A stretch of DNA of 64,000 bases, from NCBI GenBank assembly GCA_013239625.1, contig MU053365.1, positions 560,001-624,000 on the forward strand, given 5' to 3'. Below, in pieces: positions 37,479 through 50,400 of the stretch. A program made the translations under genes and the position numbers. The notes beneath the pieces are model-generated. The model did not search any database. It had not been told where the DNA came from and saw only the letters and a program-made list of their open reading frames with translations. The stretch is from Lama guanicoe. Lineage: Eukaryota. Every line of letters begins with the position of its first letter. Position 1 is the stretch's first letter.

Positions 37479-38984
37479 GACGTGGTGGTGAATAAGATAC
37501 AGGAGACTCCTGAGCATATATGTCTTAAGAGAGTGTCCGAGGTTTCAGTTGTGGTTAGTGGCTGTCTACATATAGACTTTGGAATCTAGAAGGTGAGATT
37601 CTAAGACAGAACATTCTAAGATGTCACTGATCATTGACATAAAATTTCGGTTCTCGGTAACCTTCCTGTATTAAGGCCGTGGTATACACTGGTTCACTTC
37701 AAAGATGCTGTGTAAAGATGCATCATAAACACAGAACTTCACAGAGTGGGCACTCCATAGTTACTGAATCCATCCAACAGAATTGAACTGAACTAGCATG
37801 ATTTTGACATCAAACTCAATTGGGTCAAAGCAAGAAAAATAAATATGCTGACCATACTCCAGTTCAGACTTGAGTTTCAGAGTTTTCTATCTGAAAAAAA
37901 TATGCACCACAACGAAAACCACAAAGTAGAGATGCACCTAGTAGTCTGAGAAGGAAGATGCAGTGTAAGGGAGCATGTTTTAAATAGGGAGAGAGCAATT
38001 ACACATGAAGACACATATTCTGAATCTTCCTTTAAAAAATAGTGCTCCATATATTTTATTTTCTGAGTACCACAGCAATTAATCAAAAGTTTACATATTT
38101 CTTCAATCCAGATACAACACGTCAACAAGTGCAGTTAAATGCATCATAGAAATGGAATGCTCGTGCCGAAGGTTTCATTAAGTCTAACATGATTTACAGG
38201 ACTTAAGACACATTGCGGTGAGATTTTCTATCACTGCGGCAAGTACTCCAGGGATGTCTTGACCCACTTGAAATTGTTTTAGCGCCACTATTACCTGGGT
38301 CACAACTGATGACTGCATATATCAATTATACTGTAGTCATTTAAAATATGCTTCTGTGCATCTGGTCATCCAAAGATTCCCTTCTTTGAATTTTCATACC
38401 CTGAAAGAGCCATTATAACAGAACTTCTTGAGCAGACGAAAATGAACTCATTTACCTAAATAGGGCCCCTGCAAGACAGGCCACTAGGAAATATGCCCCC
38501 CTTAAGACTGCAAACATCCTCTTCCTGCATTTCTGAAGAGGCTAATTTTTCAACCCATTTCCTGTATTCTTCTTAGCCTCTTCTGTTTGAGAACTGACTA
38601 CCTCACATTGACTTCTGGACTAGAGTCAGTAACTGGGCAGCCTTTTCAAGTTCATTTCTGCCAGTGGATAGAAGGGGTGGTTTAGATGCCTGTAATTAAT
38701 TAGGCTGACTGCTAGTGGTTTGGGGAACGTAATTTATTGTTAGAAATTTTGCATCTCAGGTGGAGCAGAAAGCACTGGGAATTCTACACTAGAGGCATTT
38801 CCTGTGAAATCTACGGCTAATTACTTAAGATCAGGGCAAACTGTGCATCCTTCACTGCAAGACCGACCTCCCCCGACCACCGATGGTGCTATTCTAGGAC
38901 ACATGGGCTTTATAAAGTTCTCTTATCAAAGTTTACGTTATCCTATCAAGGGAAAGGACTACATTGGATGCATTTACGTACCAA

Positions 38985-39567
38985 AATGTCACACCTAGCT
39001 CATGTTGCTCAAAACTCTCCATGTTAGTTAGAGTACAATACAGGCCCTTCCAAGATGGCCCACAAGATGGTCCGTGACCTGCTGTCGATCAGCCCCAAAC
39101 CCCACCTCCACCTCCCTGCCTCATCTCCTGCCAGGCTCCCCCTTGCGGGCTCTGCTCCAGCCCCAGTGGCCTGCTCCATATTTCTCGGAAATACCTTTGC
39201 ATTCGCTGTTTCCTTTGTCTGGAAGAGTGCCATGGCTTGCTCCCTCACCTCCTGCAAGTCTGTGCTCAAGTGCCATCTTCTTATTGGTGCCTCTACTAAC
39301 CACTTTTAAAAATTAGGTCCTGGAGCCATGCCCCCATCCCCTCCCTGTGATGTTTGCCGTTGCCCCTACCATCGTCCTGACTATGCTATATTTTACATAC
39401 ATATTTCGTTCCTTTTCTTCTCCCATCCACATCCCTCCACAGAATGTAAGGTTCATGAGGGCAGGGACTTCGCTTGCTTTATTCATTATTATATCTCTAG
39501 CACGTAGAAGAGTGACAGGCACATAGTAGGTGCACAGTAAACATTGCTGATGAATGAATGGATGAAT
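38985..39567 (+). mobile_element. L2a 3' region
   Basis: gctcaaaactctcca...cctttgcattcgctgtttcctttgtctggaa...agaatgtaaggttcatgagggcaggga...ggcacatagtaggtgcacagtaaa...tgaatgaatg. Confidence 0.93.
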
Positions 39568-41597
39568 TTGAATGCACAACAGTTCTCTTCAAATGAAACA
39601 AACCTTGTCTATTCAATTTCTGATTATACTCATTAAAAACTGTATCTGATAGCTGATCATTGGTCACCTTGCAGAGAAGGATTCCAAACCAAAGAGGCTG
39701 TCTAGACAGAGAAATATGTGCTACGTATGGGACCTTCCAGGGTTTGCGTCATCCTTGTCCTTAGGGATAAGTGGCCTCCTTCACTGTCTTGATGAGAGTG
39801 AACTCCAGATTTTTAAAAATCTGGAACTCTACTTAATGACTTTTCCAATACTACCTAATGGTGTGCTTTCAAAATTAGAGTTATTTTTGTGAACTTAATC
39901 TTCAAATGTAACTCCACGGGTCTGGCAAACAGCAACCTTTCCAAATCACAAGGATTTCCGGTCTTAATGATAAACACAGACTCTGTTCTTCCAAATCCTA
40001 TGGTTACCTCTTATACCTGTGAGCCGAAAAATACTAGAGTAAAATCCCTGGTGAAGTAATCTGAGCCCACTCTTCTAGGTGAGGATGGAGGCAGGTGTAA
40101 TCGAGTGCTTGAAACCATTTTTATTTATGTCGGTTTATTGTATGGGGTCACAGTGGGGAGATGCTTCTTACCCACGTCTATGGACTCTAGCTCAATGTAG
40201 GGCTGAACAACCACCACCACCCCCACGAAAATCCAAAAGTGCGGCTGAGACAGTGAGGGAGTGAGGGGAGAAGGGCAGGTGTAAGACCAAATGGCAGGGG
40301 GCTCTTGTAATGGTGCCACGTAAGACATTCAGAAGGCAACGCGGAGAGCATTTCTCTAGCAAGAGGCATATGTTAAATGACACAAAATGGGCCTGGTACC
40401 TGCTACCTGCTACCCTTTAAGCAGTGGTAGTGGCTCAATACAATTGATGAAGTGCTTCCATTTAAAGTTATTAATTGCAGTAATGGCTTGAACTCAATAA
40501 AAGGGATATATTGGATAAAAAGGAAAGCAGAACAATATTGTCTTCATTAGCATAAAATCTTCCAGGTTCCCCACTACACTTTCCGAGGGGAATGGAGAGA
40601 TGCCTCAATTTTAACCAAATTTTTATGGTTTTACAGCAGCCGTGGTTATGCATGAATTTCAGAATACATTTACTTGAAAATTCATTATATGAAACATTTA
40701 TCCCATGAATAAATTAGAGACTCTGAAATACAGTGCAATAAAACTTTTGCTGCTAGAAGAATTTTTATGGGTGAAATAATGTGAAAATTAGTAACATCAA
40801 ATATGATTCCTCTTAACCCAGACTAGTCCCACACACAATTATTTTGACATGGTCTGTCATACATAATAATGTAGATTTTCAAATAATGCTACAGAAAAGA
40901 CTTGTAACAATTCTCATCAGAATTTAGAAATACATGATGAATCACTGGGTATGGAGAATGGCAGTTTATCCATTTTACAGGATGATTTTTTTCCCCCAGA
41001 GCTAAATTGGATTGAATACTTTTTGTTCTCTCTTAGAGAATTTTGTTAACTGTGATATAGTCAAGCAAGGGTAAAACTATTCTACGCGGAGCCAACATCT
41101 TCATTCCTTGTTTACTCAGTTGCTCTTGACTTTGCTGTCTAAACTCAGCACACGAAGTATTTTAACAATTACATTTGACTCTGGCTGGCACATTTAAACA
41201 CACGTTAATGCTAGCAACTTCATCAGGTGTAACTTGTTTTGGAAAAAAAGCAGTTTCTAAATAATTACACAACATATAAAAACAGCAATCAGCACAAAGA
41301 ATACAAAAATGAGCCCTGTCATTATTTTCAAGATAGATAATAATTATAGGTCAGCCAGCCAACTGACCTCCAACCAGCGCCTCCTCTCATCCTATGGAAC
41401 TCCAAAAATTTCCCTCCGAGGAATATGACATATACCTAGAAGGTAAAACTAATTATTTAAATAGAATTTAGCAGGGGAAAAAAACCATAAAATAAACCCA
41501 CTGTGCCAATTATCTACATTGGAGATAAAGCTGTCCCAACATGAGTTCCCAAAAATCAAGATGTATTTTATTTCCCCTAATGAAACAGAAATGACAG

Positions 41598-41745
41598 CAT
41601 TTCTGTTTCGAATAATGAAGGTTTTGGAAATGATAGTGGTGTTGGTCACACAACATTGCAACTGTACTTAACGCCATGGAAGTGTGCACCGAAAATGGTT
41701 AAAATGGTAAGCTTGTGGTTATATCTCTAGTATCACCATGAAAAA
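41598..41745 (+). mobile_element. L1MB-like 3' terminus
   Basis: gatagtggtgttggtcacacaacattg...gtacttaacgcca...aaaatggttaaaatggtaa. Confidence 0.85.
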
Positions 41746-42379
41746 GTTTGAAATGTTATGTTATTTATAAAATCGTAAGAATTTAAATGTTTCCATTTGT
41801 CTAAGCGGGAAGATAGAACAGAACCCTGGAAAATTATAAATGTTGCTCTCAGATCTATATTGCCTGCATGATGGATGGAGACCGCTATCAAGAGAGGCAG
41901 AGAGGAAGGTACAGGGACTCATCCATTTTCAGAGAGATCCATTTTATCACTGCATACGTTTTAAGAGCCTTATTTGTCTTCGGTTCTGTTGTGCCATTTT
42001 TTTCATCCAAGTCACTGATGCAATGAGAATAACTTGATCAAGCTCATCATCAGCTGACTGCCTAATTTCTTATCTAGAATCTTCCCCTTAGAAACTGTGA
42101 CCGGCCTTGGAGAATTTACTTTCTTTAACTGGGTCACCATTTCCCAGTCTGTGGCATGAGGAATCCTTTCGGTTCAAATAATCTATGACCATTTGAGAAT
42201 CTCTGATCATCACCACAATGACATATTTTCGATTAAGTATTTATAGATCATAAATCTGGTCTCACATCAAGCTTTCAGAATTTATATTAAGCTTATCATG
42301 GACTTATGGTCATTAAGTATCTTAGAAATACTCTCCAGAGAGGCTCTGTCCTAAAAGCTTACCTTTAAGCAGTTCAAGT

Positions 42380-42500
42380 ATTATAATTCGCATTTTACAG
42401 GAAAGACAATTGAAGTGATACAGGTAATGATGCCCTCTGAGGTCAGGGAACATGCAAACTGTGGAATGGGAATCAGAAGCCAGTTCTCTGGGCCACTAGT
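42380..42500 (-). mobile_element. MIR fragment
   Basis: attataattcgcattttacaggaaagacaattgaag...gaggtca...gggaatcagaagccag. Confidence 0.6.
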
Positions 42501-43384
42501 AGGTTTGTTACCCTTCATACTACGCCACTCTGCCTACGCGTGTGTCAGTCCCAACAGCAAGGTCATTATAAGAAGCCACTATATACTGTATACCCCAATA
42601 TTTACTGAGTGATTACAATATGCCACATACCATCCAAGCGACTTTACAGAATTACATAATTTTAGCCTTAGCCCAACTCTGCGATAGGTGTAATACAGTT
42701 TCACAGAGGTGGTACGTAATCTATTGTGTTTTTCCCTGGGTGGGTGCTCACATTAAAGACACTAATTCATACTTTCCAAAAACAGACACTTCTAGAGTGC
42801 CAGCCACTGTTCTAGGTGCCCAGGATATATGGAGGCACGTTTTGAAAATAGTCACTGTACTCACTCTAATCCTATCTTTTCACATTCAAGTTCATAGTGG
42901 TCAGTTAAGTGCCTCCAGCACATTTGGCTAAGGGTCCACTTAACCTAAAATTTGATTAGCCTGCAATTTAACCATAAGCTGACATAAAATCTTGGTCTGA
43001 AGTGGTCTGGTTTGCATTATATTTCCAGACTTCTCTTTCAAACCAAAGCAGCTGCAATATATTCATTTAGATTAGAAGAAAGGCAAAGAGTTAAGCTGCC
43101 GGAGATTTCTTTATTGCTTGTGCATTTCCAACTGAGTTTAGATGATCAAAGAATACAAGAAGAAAGTTGTTACTTGCAAAAGTCACTTTTCACTTGGATT
43201 ACAATGGTACATGTGAGCAGCTGTCTCTAACAGAGTGACATGAGGCAATGTAAATCTTCAATTTAACTCATTTCTATTTCATGGCATAACTTTATAGGAT
43301 GCTGTAAATATCTCTATGTGGTTGTTAAAATACACAGTTCAGGCGCTAATCCATGCAAATTTACAGACAAACTCATCTGTAATA

Positions 43385-43874
43385 CAGTAGTCCCCCCGCC
43401 CTTATCCATGATTTTGCTTTCTGGGGTCTCAGTCAACTGCGGTCCAAAAATATTAAATGGAAAATTCCGGAAATAAACAATCCATTCATTTTAAACTGCA
43501 CGCCATTCTGAGTGGCGTGATGAAATCTTGCACCATCCTGCTCCATCCCACCCAGGACTGGAAGCCTCCCTCTGCGCAGCATGTCCCTGCAGTTAGTCAC
43601 TTAGTAGCCGGGTATCAGGTTGACTGTCATGGTACTGCAGTGCTTGATTTGAAGTAATGCTTATTTTATTTAATTATGGCCCCCAAATGCAAGAGGGGTG
43701 ATGCTGGCAATTTGAGTACTCTCTCATCATGCCTAATTCATAAACCAAACTCTATCATAGGTATGTGTGTACAGGAATAAACATTGCATATACAGGGTTC
43801 AGTACCATCTGCAGTTCCAAGCATCCACGGAGGGTCTTGGAACATATCCCCCTGCAGATAAGGGGGAGCTACTG
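43385..43874 (+). mobile_element. MER44-like (Tigger7-derived, TcMar) non-autonomous DNA transposon
   Basis: Terminal inverted repeats cagtagtccccc...cttatc / gataagggggagctactg, TA TSD on both sides, internal ggtccaaaaatattaaatggaaaattcc. Confidence 0.93.
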
Positions 43875-44304
43875 TATTCTGAAGATTTTTAAAGATCTAA
43901 TTATCAGAACATTTTGCAACGAGTGGGCATGCATTAAAAAAATGAAATACAGCAGTGACAACAATGATAAGACAACAAATGCAGCTATAAGTTAGTAGAG
44001 CTTAAAAGCCCTGGGGTGCTGCAAGTAATTCTGACAACATGGTTTATTCTTTTTATTTTATGAGTTTGTTTCATGTTTTTAATCATTTGAAATCCTAGCC
44101 CATGACACTCTCACCATTAAAATTTGAGAGACCATTCTTTCTGCATCTTTTTTTTTTTGATCTTAGCTTTTCTTGGAGTAAATGACAGGCATTGCAAAGC
44201 TCTAATGGTGACAATGGATCAAGACTAAAACGCAATGAAAACACCAGGCCATAGGCCACACACAAGTTGTACTGAATGGATGGATATATTGCCGTATAAA
44301 GAAA

Positions 44305-44515
44305 CATCAGTGTTGAAACTGGATAGATTTGGATTCAAATCCTTTATTATGTGACCTTAGGCCAAATAATTTAATCCCTTGCAGCCTTGGTATCGACATT
44401 AATAAAGTTGGGATGCTGATAGCACCTGCTTCAAAGAATTACAAAAGTGAAATGAAATGATGCATACAAAACCCTACCACACTTTTTGGCACATATGACA
44501 TACTCAATAAATGTA
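44305..44515 (+). mobile_element. MIR SINE
   Basis: gatttggattcaaatcc...tgtgaccttaggccaa...tggcacatatgacatactcaataaatgt. Confidence 0.8.
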
Positions 44516-46084
44516 ACTTTCCTTTATTTCCCCAAATGATCAAAAGAAAAAGAAAAAAAATCTATTATTTTAAATTCTGTAATAGTGTACTCTTTATAAA
44601 ACCATAAATATGACCAATTATGTGATAGAATTTCCAACCCCCAAAATGCCAAAGAGATTCTATTTTGGGGAACTAAAACATATTAGTATGTTAATGATTA
44701 CAACACACTGATTCTAGTCTCTACAATGAATACATAAAACTTTAATAAAAGATATCTTTGTACAAATACAGCAAGCAGAGCCATTTCAACTCTTCAAAGA
44801 GATGTACTGAGGGGAAAGTCAGAGGTCACCTTATTCGTATCCCTAGAAATAAGAATTAGATTGTCTCTATGCATATTCATAATGCATTTTGAGATTCTTC
44901 TGACAGTCCAGGTCCTTCCTAGACTGTCGAACCTACCTATTGTTATGAGACTAAAAATGAATTAAAAGCCAGAACAGATCAAAACTTTCCAAATTCGATT
45001 AAAACAATTCACTCGAGCAAACTATTCCAAAGCCATTAATGTGGGTGCAAGTGAGTCTCGTAGGCTCTTTGGACACAAGGAAAGACAAGACATAATCTCT
45101 GCCCTCAAGGAGATGACAGACTACTGAGAGAGGCAGCTTGGCTTTAAAACCAGACAGACGAAAGAATGTTATCTATCCTAAAATAAGAATCTTCTGTTTA
45201 CGCGTAAAGCAGACATCACATTTGCAGACAGTTACTGTTTAAATTGCCTGATGAGTTCCCCCACTACTCTGAGAAGTGAGTTTCATTCATGGACTACGGA
45301 GCAGCCTTGCAAACGAGGAGTGAAGCAGAAATAGAAACACAGAAAGCCATATTCCATTCAAATGAGCTCTCCCATTTTATTCTTTCTATGCTTAAAGAAA
45401 AGGTACCCTTGGGTTGCAGGCCAGATTTGGCATCGGCACACCCCATGGTCCTAACCTGAACACCCTCAGTGTGGACGATGAAACATACAGGGATTGAAAT
45501 GTATCTGGGACAACTCAGTCAAAGTGCAGGCGTTCCAGTCGTGGGAGTTCTTCTCATCTTGTGTGCCCCATTAACGCATGACAACGTGCGGGTTTTCTCA
45601 AAGTTTTAAATAGCTGAGCTTAACGTGACACATGGCTTTTATGCTAAGAGTAATGCTGGTGGATTCAACACTAAGAGATCCTTTACAGAAACCATAAACA
45701 GTTCCTTCTCACCGGTGATTCTACTGCTCCATATGTCAAGGTTAAGCACTTGTTTCCTTGTTGGATGGACAGTGTCCAAATTGATATCCTGTCCATATGG
45801 TTTCCTGGGAAGAAACCATAGCTGGGATAGGCACAAGAAGCACACACCTCCCAAGTGGCAACCGCAGGTCAAGGCTCTGAGGCACAAGGTTTCAGAGTTC
45901 ATTGCAGGGTGCAGGTGCTCCTTACATTGAAGTTAAGAGTGTGACATCAGAAGCAAGATACATAAACCAAAGGAACCAATTACGGGGTCTGAGAAACCCA
46001 GCTGCTCAAGAGAGGATTAAAATGTCCATCGAGAACGTGAGTCCATAAATATTGTACGAGTTGATACAGGGGGCCGCTCCGAAA

Positions 46085-46500
46085 TAAACAGAACCGTAGG
46101 ACTGCAGGGCTGCAAGGACCTTTTAATTGTGGTCATCAAGTTGAAATCCTCATCTGACACTTGACTCTCCTAAGCATCTTCTCTTATCAAAGCACTCTCT
46201 GGCCAATCTCCACATCCTCTCTGTGAGAGGGAACTTGTACTTCCTTTGCCTCAGGATGAGGTGTACACTATTGAGCACTCAGCCAAAATGGGCCTCCCTG
46301 AGGCTTTCTGCAGGTGATTGGGATTCCATCCCTTAGAGCCACAGAGAACAAGCTTAATTCCTCTTTCCTTCCCTTCGACAGCCCGTCAGATATATGATGA
46401 AAGTTCTTCTGTTTTCCTAAAGCCTCTGACTCTGCTTCATGTGCCAAAGCTCGGAGTCCTCCCCTCCCCTTTCACCTAACTCATTCCAGTTCATGGTCCC
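46085..46500 (-). mobile_element. L3/CR1 LINE 3' region
   Basis: agccaaaatgggcctccctg...agagccacagagaacaagcttaattcctct...gacagcccgtcagatat resembles L3 in reverse orientation. Confidence 0.65.
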
Positions 46501-46744
46501 TTTAACTATGGTACCCAGTCCTCAGTGAAACTCTCATGTCCTAGTCTTAAAAGCCAGACAGTCAACTGCAGTGATCACTGCCCTTTACTAGATATATCGA
46601 CTAAGAGCCTGTTTGCTGTGTTGATCACAATAAAGCATGATATCCCATGATAACCACTAAAAAGCTTACTGCCTCTGCCATGAAGTCATGCCTGCTACGC
46701 CATAACCTTCTGCTAGTTACTCGGATCCCATTTAATTCTAGTAG

Positions 46745-47470
46745 ATTTAATTTACAAACATTTATGAAGTACCTACTGTGCAAAGGATACTGTCAGAGAA
46801 TGAGGATACCATGATGAATACAGCAAAGGACTGACTCGGGGAACACACACTCTATAAGGAAAGATAGAGGTGCTATCATAAAAAATTAAGGTGTGATATA
46901 TGTCATGATTAAAATATTCAAGAAGGTGCAAAGTAGAAGGCATCACACATTCTGCTTAGGAGATGTGGGAACACTAAAAATGCCCCAGAAGAAGGTGGCC
47001 CTTTTGTAGATGACTTTAAAGGGGGGATAGAATTTCAATAGGAAGATTAGTCCAAGCAAAGCAAGCTCATGCCAAAGCACAGAGGCAGGAAAGCACCTAG
47101 TGCACACGACACAGCAGCTTGGCTCTCAAGCCGTATGGGACGGAAGGAGCTAAGGAGGAGTGATGGGTGATAAGCTGGTGGCTGAGGGTTTGGATGAGTT
47201 TGGACTTCACTATGCAGGAAACACCATTCCACCCAGGTTTTGAAGCAGAGAAATAAATGATGAGAAATGTTATGGAAAAAGTAATCGATGAAAGAATATG
47301 GAAAATGAGTTAGATGGAAGAGAAAGTGGGAAACTGCTAGCAGGACCAGCAGTGGGGCTGCTGAAGTTGTTCAGACAAGAGATGAGGAGGCCTGAGCTGA
47401 AGAATGGAGGGGAGGGTGGCTGTGGGTGAAGCCATGGTGGTCAACTGATAGGCATGAAATGATGAAATGT
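46745..47470 (-). mobile_element. L2 (L2b/c-like) 3' region
   Basis: caaacatttatgaagtacctactgtgcaa...cagaagaaggtgg...caggttttgaagcagagaaataa...cagacaagagatgaggaggcctgagct. Confidence 0.85.
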
Positions 47471-50400
47471 TGGGGGCAGGCTTTGAGGCTGGAGGCCTGT
47501 GCAGATTCTGGTCCTCCAGCAGACAGAGATGGAAAAAAATTCCATTATAAGAGAAGATGGAACTATATTTTTCCAACTTACATAAGGCTGCATGAATAAT
47601 TATAACTCATTTTCGAAGTGTAACTCTTAAGAATAAAATAGTTGGGTTTTTAGTATGTGCAAATAATCCAGGTAAAAATATAATATGCCAATTGGAAACC
47701 AGAGTGTGGACAGGAGATACGAGCTGGGCATCACGGCATCATCAACACAGGTGGCAGGGAGCGGGCGCAGCAGAGGGCTCAGGGCCATCCAGTGGGCCCT
47801 ATTGAATTTGATCCCCTTGGGCTCACCATTGATACACTGCCTGTTCTGCCAGATCAGTAATTATAAAGCAAGGGATTTACCCTCAAACAGCCACGGAACA
47901 AAAGCTAAATGTCAAAAGCCATGACTCACTTAGAATAAACCTCCTGTTTTACTTTCCAGGTTGAATGTCCCTTGAAGGCTGCACTCAAGTCCTGAGAATC
48001 ATTTGACCTGGGACCTGCATCCAGCCATGATGTGGGGAACAGATACCATTTTAAAGGAACATTTGGCGTGACGCATTCTCTGTGGATGAATGGGAGGAGC
48101 AGTTCATGTTTAGTGATGGTTGAGGGCACAAAAGCAAATCGTTATCTAAGCTCTCCCGGTTGAGGCTTGGCATTACATTGTCTTCACGGCCCCATGATAT
48201 GAAAAGAACTTTGGTATATCATTTGCTCCTGAACTAGGAGATTGCCGCGGATACTAGAGGAGAAAAACAGCACATTGTAAAAGGCAACGAGAAGCAGTGC
48301 CAGTAGGCTAGAGCGGTCTAAACGCCCTGACACACGCCTTGAGTAAAGACTTTTATAGGTACTTTTGTTTGTTCTGGTCCCTCAACGTCTCTATCTCCCC
48401 CTGACTGGTTTTACTCTAAGATAGAACAACCGAATCAAATACTATATATAAACACTGGCAGCTTTCAGCCTCACTTTGTATCCGGAGCCTAGCGGGCAGA
48501 CAGCTTCAGTGAGTTTGCTGGCTTTTCCAAGTGAGTCTAGAAGGGCTGGTTTACCTAAGATCAAATCTTGGACAAACAGTTCACTACCGCTCTACAAACA
48601 AGCTACAGTGATGACCTGATGCTACTGTTTCTCACACTCCAAAGCTTTGATGCAGGGTGCCTGCCCTTTCCAGGATAATTGGATATGAAGCCACTTTTGT
48701 TTAAAAGGCGCTAGGAAGATTCATCACTCGTTGTGTGGGTGTGGATGGTTCTGCTATTTGGGTTTCACCAAGTGTCAAAGTGACTCCCAAGAATCCTCCA
48801 AGAGGGAGTGAAAAATCAGCCTGGTCTTGAGAGATCAGGGGTATCAGGAAGAGCTTTCATGGGACACTCCTGATGGTGCTAAATACTCCTCTACCGGGTG
48901 AAATGAACCACCTGCGTCCCCACTGAAGCACTGAAGGGACAGATACAGCATTAAGATAGGGGGAAAAAAGTTGGACAGATATGTTAACTAGAGGCAAAAA
49001 CACAACCACAAATATAAAGAGGTAAAATCGAGCAAGTTGTGACTGTGTTGTAATGAATTTTCCTAATTTGGAGTGACATTGGCATCGCATATAACAAAAA
49101 ACATTAAAGTTGAAATGAGACTCCCCCACCCCGCCCAAAAAAAAGATAGGGAAAAAGAAAGAACACATGAAAAAAATATCAGTTATGGAAAAACGTGCTT
49201 GTAAACGGTGCTTCTTTCTCTTTTGCCTCCACCAATGTTTCCTTAACACTGTTTCTACATTTCCACCGCACTGTGGCCGGTTTTTAACAATGCACACCAT
49301 GCTAACCGAGCTGCTGGGGCTCAATATTTCTGACAAGGAGCAAGTAAAATTTCCTATTCCCAAGCCATCTAGTTCAACAGCTTTAAGTATGAGAAAATTT
49401 AGTTAGGAGGTCTGGGTTTTAAAAAATGAACTAGAGTTATGATAGAGTCCATTAACCAATTCTAAATTAAAGTGGAATTGAAATAAAATTATAGGAGAAC
49501 AAGTATAAAGGAACATGTGACATCCACACGGATACCAAATGAATCCATTACACTAAGTACTTTTCCAGTAATAGCAAATGAATTCATCATGATGGCACAC
49601 TTAAGAGCAAATGAAACCTAAAAATATAAATGTCAAAATATCTATACATGGTTCGTGCTCATAATTTACCTTTGCATTGCACACCAAATACAAAGTCAAA
49701 TGCTGCCATGTTAAGAATTTTAGTCTAACACTTTTCACTTGTGAATTGGGTTCAATAGTTGTAAAGGCAGTTTTATGTAAATCAGAAAAACATCATAAAT
49801 TTCATGGGTCGGTCATGGCAAAGATGGCAAATTTCACAGTAAGTCACAGCGTAATGCACAGACATACAACCACAAATAAAATCAATTTAACTGCTAAGTA
49901 AATTATTCTTCAGGGTTAAAAACGAGTGCCTGAGTGTGCCACCAGGTGTTTCCATAAGATGCACTGAAAACTATATTCTAAAGCCACGATTCTAGAAAAA
50001 TTCTTCTTCAGGAACACAGTGCTCTCCTCTGGGGAAGTATTCTGATAATTTCAAAATATCATTGCTATTTTTGAAAATCCAAAATCATGGCTAATTGTTG
50101 CAAATGATCGATGTGTTATATTTTAAATGCAGAGTCCCTTTGAATTAGCTCTCATCCTTTGGACTTTGTAGGAATTCCCTGGAAATTGTGCCAGTTATCA
50201 TAGTAATAAATAAAAGAACAATGAAGACAGTTTTCTTTTCCTTGAAGGAATGGATGTCAGAACAGATGGAGGGCCCCATACAGTTTTTAAGGTCTCATGA
50301 AAAAAAAGAACCTGTTAAATGCTAGAAGTGGCCAGTGTTCAGCCAGGGATTGAGAGATTCATTTTGCACATGTAAGCTCATGTTCATCAAAATGCCTACT

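Larger units (their letters stand above)
36479..37590. repeat. 80-bp inverted repeat pair (arms 36479-36558 and 37511-37590)
   Basis: Hand alignment of arm 1 with the reverse complement of arm 2 is gapless, 60/80 identical. Confidence 0.9.

Noticed and set aside
48857..49363. Longest ORF in the window (168 aa, - strand)
   Set aside because: No recognisable domain, Phe/Val-rich composition that simply reflects T-rich non-coding DNA, and no convincing splice boundaries.
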